Assembly (NCBI GenBank): GCA_020184695.1
Contig: JAANOX010000035.1
Location: 62,001-126,000, forward strand
Origin: Histomonas meleagridis 2922-C6/04-290x
Taxonomy: Eukaryota; Protista; Parabasalia
DNA length: 64,000 nucleotides
Reading direction: 5' to 3'
The notes below the pieces were generated by a model that had not been told where the DNA came from, searched no databases, and saw only the letters and a list, made by a program, of their open reading frames with translations. Of this stretch, positions 21,509-32,100 are shown one piece after another (positions within the stretch are counted from its first letter, which is position 1; every line of letters begins with the position of its first letter). Position numbers and translations under genes: made by a program.

Positions 21509-22612
21509 CTATTCATACGTCTGACTAAAAAGAGACAATGGCATGTTTAGCTTTGGAACAACAACAGATTTTTGTTTTTTTGAGTTTGAGGATGAGTTTG
21601 ATCTAGGCGAAATAAATTGATTATTTCTTGTAGATTTTGACGTGCTACTAGATAATCTTTGGGAAATGTTTCTAGGTGATGTTTGTCTTTTTGTTGAATA
21701 TTTTGATGCATTAATTTGTATTGTTTTGGAGCTACGAGTTGAATATTTTGTATTTGTAGGACTATTACTGTAAGCCTGTGATCGAATGCTAAGTTCTAGT
21801 GACTGCGATAGTGTAGGCTTTTTTTGTCCAATTTCAGCTGATCGGACTCGATCAGAAATTAATTGATTAAGTTCGAAAAGTGCATCTTCTTTGGTTTCAA
21901 TTCCTGCTTCAATAGTGTCCATCCTTGCCTCGGCCCGTTGGCGTAGGAGAGAAATATCGCTTTGGAACCTTTCAATTATCAAGGAATGACGATCTTCAAA
22001 TTCAGTTTGTAGGGCTTCCATCTCATCTTCATAACCTTTACTAATCTGCTCTATATCTTTTTGGTGTCGTGAAATAAGTAAAGGCTGTGATTCTTTAAAT
22101 TCTTTGTGGATTTTTTTTTGCCGAGAAACAAGTTCTTCCTCACCAACTTCACGTGACTTGGTAAGGAGGCTTCTAGCAAGTTCATAATCACCTTCAGTTG
22201 CTGCTTCTTTGGATTTTTCAAGTAAATCGATTTGTTCTGGAACTTCGCGTTCTGCTTCACGTAACATACCAGCCATATGAGATTTTTCTAAGTCTTTTAA
22301 TTCTTTTTCTTGTTTGATTTTGGTCTTTCTCAAAAGTTCTTGGTAAGTTTTATTTATTGAAATTTCTTTTTTATCTTTATATACAACCACATCGTTTTCA
22401 AGTTTAAGATATCTTGCAATCACAGTGGCGAGTTCTTTTGTTATTTCTTTGAAAATTTTTTCAATTTCATTATTTCTGATCTGTTGGAATTGCAATTGAA
22501 TTTGTCTATCATACTCCTCAGCGGCGTCAAAGTCGAGAGCCTGAATTGCTGCCTTTTTATGTAGACGTAGTTCTTCGATTCTCTCATTTACTTCCGAAGA
22601 GGAGATCGCCAT
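21509..22612 (-). CDS. Uncharacterised coiled-coil protein with UVR-like helical hairpins and S-rich tail
   Basis: 367-aa ATG ORF; KKAAIQALDFDAAEEY and KEAATEGDYELARSL resemble UVR-type motifs. Confidence 0.6.
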   Translation of the reverse strand: MAISSSEVNERIEELRLHKKAAIQALDFDAAEEYDRQIQLQFQQIRNNEIEKIFKEITKELATVIARYLKLENDVVVYKDKKEISINKTYQELLRKTKIKQEKELKDLEKSHMAGMLREAEREVPEQIDLLEKSKEAATEGDYELARSLLTKSREVGEEELVSRQKKIHKEFKESQPLLISRHQKDIEQISKGYEDEMEALQTEFEDRHSLIIERFQSDISLLRQRAEARMDTIEAGIETKEDALFELNQLISDRVRSAEIGQKKPTLSQSLELSIRSQAYSNSPTNTKYSTRSSKTIQINASKYSTKRQTSPRNISQRLSSSTSKSTRNNQFISPRSNSSSNSKKQKSVVVPKLNMPLSLFSQTYE

Positions 22613-22721
22613 TGAACGGAAGACGTTTATATGGGGTGGTCATAACAACGATCAAAAATAGGGGCAGTCCTCAGTTTCTCTATCGCTTTATATTTATACA
22701 AAAAACAGAATTATCAAGTAT

Positions 22722-23063
22722 TTAAGCTTTAACACGATGAAGAGGAGGAAGGTGTGAACTTCTGCTTTGTCCACACACCCTAGCGTGCTGTAGCAAGGCA
22801 GATTGTGTAACTGGTGTTGTCACAATTCGTGCACCTGATGATTTTGTTGGTGTTTTCTTTATCGTGGTTGCAATTGATTCTTTTGTAGTAACTGCTACTG
22901 TAGTTTTCCCTTTTGTTGTTTTTGCTGTTTTCGCAGGTGCTTTAGTTGCTTTTGCAGCTTTCTTTTTTGGAGCGTCATCTTCAAAATCATCACTTTCATT
23001 TCCATCATCAAAATCTTCTGACGAAGGTTCCAAATCTGACCCAAATGAATCATCGTCGCTCAT
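22722..23063 (-). CDS. Small protein with acidic N-terminus and K/A/T-rich basic region
   Basis: ATG at 23063 preceded by TCATT Inr; MSDDDSFGSD...APKKKAAKATKAPAKTAKTTKGK...LPPLHRVKA. Confidence 0.65.
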   Translation of the reverse strand: MSDDDSFGSDLEPSSEDFDDGNESDDFEDDAPKKKAAKATKAPAKTAKTTKGKTTVAVTTKESIATTIKKTPTKSSGARIVTTPVTQSALLQHARVCGQSRSSHLPPLHRVKA

Positions 23064-23654
23064 GATTTTAATGAACAAAAAGTTATCGTTTCTGAGAGTG
23101 AACTTCCATTTTGGAGCGAAGTTGTATTGACACTTTTTAAATTAATTCTGTCGATTCATTAATTGGCCGGCCAAGTAATTGACATGCTATGCAGAGAAAA
23201 TTTTGTTTTAATAGGAAAATATTGTAGGATCTTTCAAATTTAACTGTTTCATTAGCACCTAAAATTCTAAAAATATGCAAAAAAAATGGCAAATACTTTT
23301 TTTTAAAAGTGACTATTCAAAAACTCTATCGGAGCAGTTATTATCGTAATCACAAAAAGTTGTTTTCATTGATTTTTCAAACTTTGAAGTTTTGTAAAAT
23401 TATGTTAATTTTAATTTTCCATGAAATTTTATTTTTGGCTTGTTTAATTGATATAAAATCCTTTTTCTAAATATTGTTAATGCGGATTTTGATTCTATTC
23501 TAGAGAAACTAAAAATCATATTTCCTTTATATACCAACAAATGCCTGAATTTCTAAGCCTATCATCTTATAAGATTTTAAATTTTATCAAGAGTGAAATC
23601 CTATCATAAACAAGAGATCTAATATAAAAAAGTATATTTTAAAAAGTTATGCTT

Positions 23655-24998
23655 CATAGTATTCAAAAAGTCGGAATTTGATTGGTTTATCCCATATTTA
23701 ATTCGATTAAATTCAAAAAGTGGAAAGTGGTTTGATGGTTGAGTCTGTTGGTTTTTGTACAGTTGCTCAACTAGGATAAAAAAAATTATGATATAGGTTA
23801 AAATAAAAAAGAATAAAAGAGATTAAAATAATGAATAAATGAGATGAAATAACAAGATTTTATACAAAAATGATCAAATGAGATGTGGATTATAAAGCGA
23901 CATATAAAATATGATTAATCAAAATACAGTAAATGAATGAACAAGATGTATTCAATGAACAAAAAGAGATCTTTCAAACAATGAACAAAATGATCAAAAA
24001 AATAATTAAATGTTAAAGAAAAAAATATTCAAAATGGATTAATATTCTATATAAGCTGCTCCAAATGATCAAATTATTTGTAGTGTCTTCAATACCTTTC
24101 AGATTTTAACATATAATAACAGTTGATAGATTATTATGAAGATATAATAATTTTTTTAAAATTTCCTTTGAATTTAGTCACTTTCCATTTAAATTTGTGT
24201 ACGATACACGAACAGTCATTTATACAAAGACTGGACTTCCCAATTAGCCACATCTAAACCAGTATATGCAAGTATTGTTGAAGGAATGTATGAAGTATTT
24301 TTATTTTCTGTTTAATTTCGTGAGTATCACTCACTCGTATCGGAACGAATTCTTGATGTAATCATAACCGCAAAATGAATTCAAAAAGTTATTTTTTCTT
24401 CTTTGTTAGAGCCTCCAAATATGAATAAATTATTTCAAGAATTATCCTATTTATAGAACAAATAGATTATAAAAAATTGCAAAGACAGATTTTTGAATTT
24501 TTGCTCTGGTAGTATTAATTAAATATTAGATATTGAAAATATATATTAGATATTGAAAATCTTGTATAACTCATAATATAAAATGAAAACTGAAAATAAA
24601 TTATATAAATTAATATTAACCATTATTAGTTCTATATGTATATTTGAAATTGAACTTCTGTTTTTTAATCTAAAGCTAAAAAAAGCATTGTGAAATTTCG
24701 GAGATTGTTCATAAAAAAATAAAATAACAAAATTTGGTCAAAATAATTTTATTGAATATAATGTATATACTTATTTATTTATGTTTCTTTAAATTTAGTT
24801 TAGTAAAAGATGAAAAAAAATCGATTTTCTGATATATATATATATATATATATTATGATTTGAAATTATTAATTATCATTATGATTTGTGAATTTCAATG
24901 TATATTGCAATATATACTTATATAAGCCCATCATGATATAATAGTATCGTTCATCGTTCTTGGATTGCCGATCAGAATCCAACTTTTTGAATACTATG
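23655..24998. mobile_element. Possible decayed TIR element (1.34 kb) defined only by inverted repeats
   Basis: CATAGTATTCAAAAAGT (23655-23671) is the exact reverse complement of 24982-24998; the match extends inward to 27/31. No transposase ORF or clear TSD seen. Confidence 0.3.
24832..24853. repeat. (AT)11 microsatellite
   Basis: Direct reading. Confidence 0.9.
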
Positions 24999-25036
24999 GA
25001 AAAGCAAATGAAAATTGAACAATAACCACTATAAGT

Positions 25037-25375
25037 TTAAGAATCCAGAATACAAGTATATATTGTAATTAAAAGGCATTCTGAAATATTCTTACAAATG
25101 AGATTGAAAAGTTGAATAACAACAAAAAGTAAAGCAAGGGCAGTGAATACGGAAATAACAACACTCATTACGGCAAAAATTGCGGGATCCGTGTTATCAG
25201 CATTACTGGCAATACATACATAATAAGATAGTAGATCAGAAGCTATAATACCTTCAACTACTAAATGGCCAATTATATCAAAAATGGCAAAAATACCTGC
25301 GAGGCCAAGAATGATCCATGAAACAAATGGAGGAATATGAACACCCATGAAAAGTGAAGTCAAAATGTTTGACAA
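25037..25375 (-). CDS. Short hydrophobic ORF; possible membrane protein or fragment
   Basis: Two to three hydrophobic segments. Track start is TTG; first ATG is at 25348. Lies among gene relics. Confidence 0.3.
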   Translation of the reverse strand: MSNILTSLFMGVHIPPFVSWIILGLAGIFAIFDIIGHLVVEGIIASDLLSYYVCIASNADNTDPAIFAVMSVVISVFTALALLFVVIQLFNLICKNISECLLITIYTCILDS

Positions 25376-25580
25376 TGCCGGTTACATTTAAAAAATAATG
25401 CCGGATCAACTTTTTCAAGTAATTATCATTGAAAATTTTTGTATTTATTATTTTTTTAGGGAACTTTAATTAAACATTACCATAACTCAGAAAATTGTTA
25501 AAACGTGGCAATTAAGAAAGACGACTTTTCTGGATTTGATCCAAAGTAGAACGAGAACAAGATTTTAGTTGGGAATAGTA

Positions 25581-26555
25581 GCCTATGTTTCGACTATTGA
25601 GTATTCACATGAAACTACTGTTATTGATTCACGTCTTCAAAAATATCTTGATTGGGCTAAAGATAATGCTTCATCTAATTATGAAAATGATTTTTCTGTT
25701 GGACCTACATTTACCATGTCCTAACTTGCTAATGGTTATAGTTATATTATGTTCATCAATCCCAATATAACTACAACTTTTGATCTTGATTTAACAAGTT
25801 GTTCAAATCAAATATATCAATACAAATATATAACAAATTTTGACCCTGAAAAAATTTCCAAGCACGTCGTTGTCAAGCAATTTACATTTAATATTAAAGC
25901 AGGTGTTTTATCAACGATTCCACTTTATATTGATTGTTCCAAAAAAAAGATGAAGATCCTTAATTTCGCCACAGATCGACAAACATTTGAGTTAACAGAA
26001 GATTTTAACACAAAAATCTCTCAAGTACTATTTCTTGGAATGTCTCATTGGCAACGTCTAATATCATTCCAGAAAGAACTGTATCATTTTTGGCAGCTCT
26101 ACAATATCATAAAATTTCAGCATATCCAGAACAAATAACTGTTTCATTTGGATGGGAAAATGGAAATATTGATTTATCATGCGTTGTTTATTCTGTAAAT
26201 CCTGATGGTCATTATTATCTATCAAAACGTTTTGATTATTCACATCCTAATCTTAAAAAAGCAATTCGTCATTTGGGGCGTAATACATGTGGATGTAAAA
26301 TTGATGATAAAGGATATTAATAGATAAAAAGTTCGAATGTTTGTTCTACCCTTTGAGCAAGGCAACACAATATTTGCATTAGCTGAGAAAAAGGAAAATA
26401 ATATTTGGGAAATAAATCCATTATATTATAATAAAATGGATAAAAGTGTTAAAAAATTAGGAAATAATTTCTTGACTGTAATGAACATTGAAGAAGAATT
26501 TGGTAAAATTTTATTGGGTACATCACAAGCCATTGATGTAAATGAATTTACCTAA
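25581..26555 (+). pseudogene. Chimeric relic: fragment paralogous to the 16332 surface protein joined to a TerD-like fragment
   Basis: 25581-25830 translates AYVSTIE...IDSRLQKYLDWAKDNASSNYENDFSVGPTFTMS*LANGYSYI...DLTSCSNQIYQ, matching IDERLHQYLTWAKANATSNYKNEFPAGPNVSMSQLAGNYNYI...DLTNCSNQIYQ, with TAA in place of the paralog's CAA (Gln) at 25722. Downstream broken frames give TVSFGWENGNIDLSC...KAIRHLG and FALAEKKENNIWEI (TerD-like, weak). Confidence 0.65.
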
Positions 26556-26625
26556 AACAATATATTAAAAAAATAAGTTAAGGAAAGCAACCAAATTAAA
26601 GTTAAATAAACTCAAATTTTACATA

Positions 26626-27905
26626 TAGGGGGTGGAAAAAGTCTTTGCGCGAGCTTTTTTTTATGTAATGAAGTTATTTAATAAGAAATTGAAATATATT
26701 ATTAAATAGTACATGTTCTAAATGAATTATTTTTTAAAATAAAACTAAGGCATTTTATTTACTAGTTCAAAAAAAATTCATACAAGAAAAGTGGATTGTC
26801 AGAAAAAACGTTAAACATTTTCAATGAATGAAACTCAGGTTGAAATCCGCGCAGTTATCAACTTCCTTTGGAAGAAAGGATTAGATAATTCTATCATATA
26901 TAGTGAGTTGCTTGATGTATATAAAAATGATGCACCCGCATTAAGAACTATTCAAGATAGAACAAAAAAGTTACGAGAAGGAACATGTACGATTTTTGAT
27001 CTTCCCAGAAAAAGGAAGACCAGAAAGAACCGATTTAGAGCCAAAAATCAGAAATTTTTTAACGTCAAACCCTTATGCAAGTACCAAAAAAATTGCTAAA
27101 ATTACAAATGCTGATATAAAAACTGTGAAAAATATTTTAATAAACAAATTACAAATGAGGAAGGTAAATTTCAAATGGGTACCACATTTACTTACTGAAG
27201 AAATTAAGGCAAAAAGGGTGCATATTGCAAAGGAATTATTAGATTTTTTAACAACTGCAAACGAGCGAAAGATAAGGATGATTCTTACACAAGATGAAAC
27301 ATGGGTATACTTTGTAAACCCTAGAAATACAATGTGGTTAGAATCGGGGCAGCCTTGTCCGCAAAAAGTCAAACAAACTATTGGAGCGAAAAAAGCAATG
27401 ATATCTGTTATTTGGGGAATAACAGGTATTAAATCAATTACAATGCTTCCGCTCGATAGAAAATTTAATAGGGAGTTTTTTGCGGAAGTTGTTCTTGAAG
27501 ATTTAGCTCAAAAAATCAAAACAAAAGGATACTTTTTACATTTAGATAATGCAAGACCACATTTGGTTGCTCAAAAATTCAATGATTTAGGCATAAAAAG
27601 ACTTGATCATCCTCCGTACTCACCGGATCTAGCTCCTTCGGACTTTTTTCTCTTTGGGTATGTTAAAAAAAGTTACTAGAAGGATGTGAATTTCAGGATG
27701 AAAATGAACTTTTGGAAAAAGTGACTGAATTGCTATACAATATACCAAAAGATATATTTAAATCCGTGTATAATGAATGGATGAACCGACTTTTCATGGT
27801 AATTGAAAACCAAGGGGAGTACATTAATTAGCAATAATTAAAAAAATATTTACTTAATTATTTTGAATAAAAAAATTCGCACGCAAAGACTTTTTCCACC
27901 CCCTA
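26626..27905 (+). mobile_element. Mariner (Tc1/mariner superfamily) DNA transposon, 1280 bp, TA target duplication
   Basis: Perfect 24-bp TIRs TAGGGGGTGGAAAAAGTCTTTGCG at 26626-26649 and 27882-27905, flanked by TA at 26624-25 and 27906-07. The end could equally be drawn 2 bp inward. Internal transposase present. Confidence 0.95.
26824..27831 (+). pseudogene. Mariner transposase with two frameshifts in A-runs
   Basis: HTH region, DLPRKGRP (after removing one A at 27009-27013), WVPHLL, TQDETW, HLDNARPH, YSPDLAPSDF. After a second shift in the A7 run (27665-27671) the frame continues KLLEGCEF...EWMNRLFMVIENQGEYIN*. Confidence 0.9.
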
Positions 27906-29150
27906 TATAAAATTTTTTTTTTTATATTTGATTTTAAGTATTTGAGCTTTGTTCTTAAATTATTAATATAAACTTAAATGATAAGGTAAAAAATAATCAT
28001 ATATTAGCTTAGGGCATGCTCATTTTCCAACATTTCAAACTTATTTCTATTTTTTTCAATGTTGAATAAGTAATAATTATAATTATTATGAAAAATTATT
28101 TCATTATTAATATTGCAACAAATTATTTGTAAATAATGAAAATGATTTTGATTTATTTTTTAAAATAGATAATAATGTATTCTTGATAAGCATATATCAA
28201 TATAAGCATAATGCAACTTTGAAATGATTGGAATAATTTATTTAATAAATGTATTTAACTTTGATAGCCAATAATATGTTTCTATCTATTGGTGTGTTTC
28301 ATAAGTCGAAAAGATATGCCATAACTATTACTGAAACCTTGTAAACCATATTAATACCAAAATTTTATAAAAATTCAATAAAACCTTTTTTCTTCCATAA
28401 AATGTTTATTATTAAGATCTAATTATGACATGCTGTGTATTCATTTTGTTGCAACATCTTAATTATATATCCCACTTGAATAATAGTAATTCTTAACACA
28501 GAAATTTTAAAAATATTTGTTTTTGTATGATTCATTCCAGAAATTCATTTACATAATTTTAAATTTCCTATATTATTCATTCTGCGATATTTGATTGATT
28601 TATTTTTTCACGAGTCTACCGCAATTTCGTGTGAGCTGTTACATGAACTCATATATGATAAACAATAGAAAATTCCATCGTTCATTCAAATCCATAAATC
28701 ATAATTTTTACAAAATATTATTAATAAATTTCGATAATGAAAGAGATTTTCGAGAACAAACTTATAAAGGTTATTATTATAGGATTATTAGAAAATCCTC
28801 TCATTAAAAATTATTGTTGCTTTTATTTTCAAGTGTCGTATTTTTTTGAATTGCAAAAGGGTTTATGAGCCAAATGACTCCCTTACAAAAGTCATCGATT
28901 TCAATATATTGAAATTTGCATCTATATTTTTTTTAATATCAATATAAATTTTGGAATACTGATGATTAATTTATATATAATATAGAATGTTTCATATTAT
29001 ATTTGTAGTATATTATTATATGTTGACTATAAACAGAGAAAATATTATTTTTATTTTCTTTCAACGTCTCAGCTTTTTGAAATAAATTTGAGTACTTCAA
29101 TAAATCAAAGCGATCCAAGGGCAAAAAAAGGGTAATACTTTGAATCAAGA

Positions 29151-32100
29151 ATGAAACAAGAAGAAACTCTTGCATCACTTTCAAACCAATGGGGTGTAAC
29201 TGCTCTACTTGTATTTATGAAAGAATCTAAAGTAAGTTATTCTACTTTTAGTTCAAATCTAAATGCCCAACTTTCTTATATTGATGATCCCAACTTTTCA
29301 AGACATATTTCTAAATTATCACCAGGATATGAAACTATAACAACCTCTGATATTGCTTATTATCGAATCACTATTGAAAATATCATTCTTGATTTATTAG
29401 ATGATTCGACATTAATACATGTTTTGAATTCGATTACAAAAGCATTGAAATCAGCAATTGTCCTAGGTGCACGTATTCTTAATCCCAATAAAGAAGTTAT
29501 TCGTCAGCGTACATCCATAAAGTCTGGATTATCAATTCCATCCAGTTTTTATACCACATTGAATATGCTTCTTTCATTCATTCAAAAGCTCTTTGAGAAA
29601 GTTCCATATCAATCTTTAGCAAATCTATCAACTGACATTTTTGATTTAATGCTTGACATTCTTTTAAAGCGTCATCAAACCAATGGTATTGAAGGCACTA
29701 TTCTTAGCATTCTTTCTTCCATTCCACAATATTCCTCACAGATCTGGAATAATATTTTACAAATCTCCAAGATGAAAGAAGATCGTAAAACCAAAGGCAA
29801 ACTTATTAACCTTACTGAAGGCGTCAAAGTTGTTCGACATTATCCTGAATCAGGTGATTCTTCAAGTACAGAATTTAATCTCTTAGAAATCATCAGTAAC
29901 ATCATCTTACTTAAGGGCAAATGGTGTTTTCCATTGATTATACCCATTGCCTCCTCTTCATTAGTCTTTTTCTTTTCGAAATGCAAGTCCATTAATTCCA
30001 ATTCTGCCGAAGCATTATCATCATTTGTTCAGGCACAATTTGTACATATGTCACAGAATCTCAAAATGGAGTCAATGCTATCATTTATTGGCATATTACC
30101 ATTTTCTAGTGAAACAGATTTCACGACACTTTTACCCAAACTTTTACAAATATTAAGTAAGAACTATTCTATTATATCAAGCACATCATATTTCCAAGTC
30201 ATTACACGATTAGTTGATGGATGTGTAGTTCGACCAAATGGCTGTGGTAATTTATTTAATTTACTTACAACTACATGGTTTAATTTTGGGAAACAAATTA
30301 CAATTAATCCTCCATATCGAGATGATAGTTTATTATTAATTAATGTATTTTCATCATTATTTAAAGTCACACCTAAAGAGACTGAAGATTTCTTTTTGAA
30401 GTTACTTAATTCTAATTTACCATCACAAACATTATATTTCATATTTTCAGTTGTACATATTTTAGGTTTAAGTGATCCACAACTTGTATCTAAGATAGCA
30501 CCTGCAATGGTACCAATAATAAAAGAAATTATTAATAAAGATGATATACCAACTGAAGAATTACAATTAGTAGTACCATTATTATCAGTTTTATGGCAAA
30601 GCGTACCAGATTTCCATAGTGAAATAACAAATTTAATGGTTAAATGTTCAAAAACTAAAGATATAACAATCTTAGGTCATGCGGCTTCATTCTTTATAGA
30701 TATAATGGAACATTATCCAGTAGGTTCAATGCCTGCTAAATTATTAACAACATTTTCTGGTCAATTCTTAAGAAGAGTTGATGAATGTGTAGCAGAACCT
30801 AATATGACAAAGAACTTTAAATTATATCAATCATATGTTCATGCATTTATTGATTATGCACAAAAAGCAGGAGATATCGTTAATGAAGCTTTATGGGGAC
30901 AATTTTTATCATTATGTGAAAGTCGACTTTTAGTTTATGCATTATTCCCTGATAATAATATCACTAATGTAGTTAAACAAACTTGGAAACAATTAGGTAA
31001 AGATACAATAGTTTATAAAGATAAAAATCCTCCAATGGCTTCAATAATACCAGATATTACTGAAAATACTATATATCAATTATCAAAACATACTAATTTT
31101 AATGGTTTTGATGTTCGTTATTTATCTTTAGCTGCTTATTTCGTTAGACCTAATGGACAATTACCAAAGAATTTCCATAATGCTATAGCAAAATTATTAT
31201 TTGCTTTATATCAAACTAAATATTTCGAAAATAATGAACCTTTAAATCAACAAGTTGTAAGTTTATTAATTCATACTTTAAATGATTTTACTGAACAAGA
31301 GATTTTAAAACTTGTTTGTTTATCTAAAAATGATTCTTGGTATTATATTATTCAAGAAATATCAAATAATACACAAATTCCTTTATCTACAAAACTTAGA
31401 TATGTTTGGTCACTTTCATCACATATTAAATTTGCTAAAACTGTATTAGAATCAGAACAAATTCGTAAGAACTTATGTATAATATTTGATGCATTTATTC
31501 AATCAGAATTACCTACAACTGAATCACAACAATCGATTGAAGTTATAGGAGCAGAATTTTGTGCAACATTTGTACGTACTATATCAAAACAATTTAAAGA
31601 TGAACAAATATTTAATGATTTTAATAATTTAATTAATAAAATCATTTCAAGGTTAAATCCAGATTCAATTACATTACCCGATATATCACATGTCTTTGCA
31701 TTATTAGAATTAATTCATGCTTTATTAGATACAAAATCAATTGATAATAATACCGTTGAAAGTGTATTAGATTGGACTTTATATATAGCATTAAAAACTA
31801 AAGGTTCAACAATATTACAATTACAATGTCATGATGTAGTATTATCATTAGTTAAAAATAATACTCAATCTTTACCATTAATTATGCAATACTGTTTTAG
31901 AGCTTCTTCTTTAACTACTGCACATGTAGCTTCTGCTATTATTAGTTCTGGTGTTTCAAGTACTGATTTAGCTATATTATCATTAGGTTTAAGTGGTAGA
32001 CCTTCAATGATATGTCGAGCTATTTCAGCAGAAATTGCAAATACTTCATCAAATGCAAAGTTTTCACCACTTGCTTGTATTGATCCATTATTTGAAGAGA

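Noticed and set aside
28595-29184. ORFs 28595-28807 and 28966-29184
   Set aside because: Short, AT-rich, with intergenic-like composition and no motifs.
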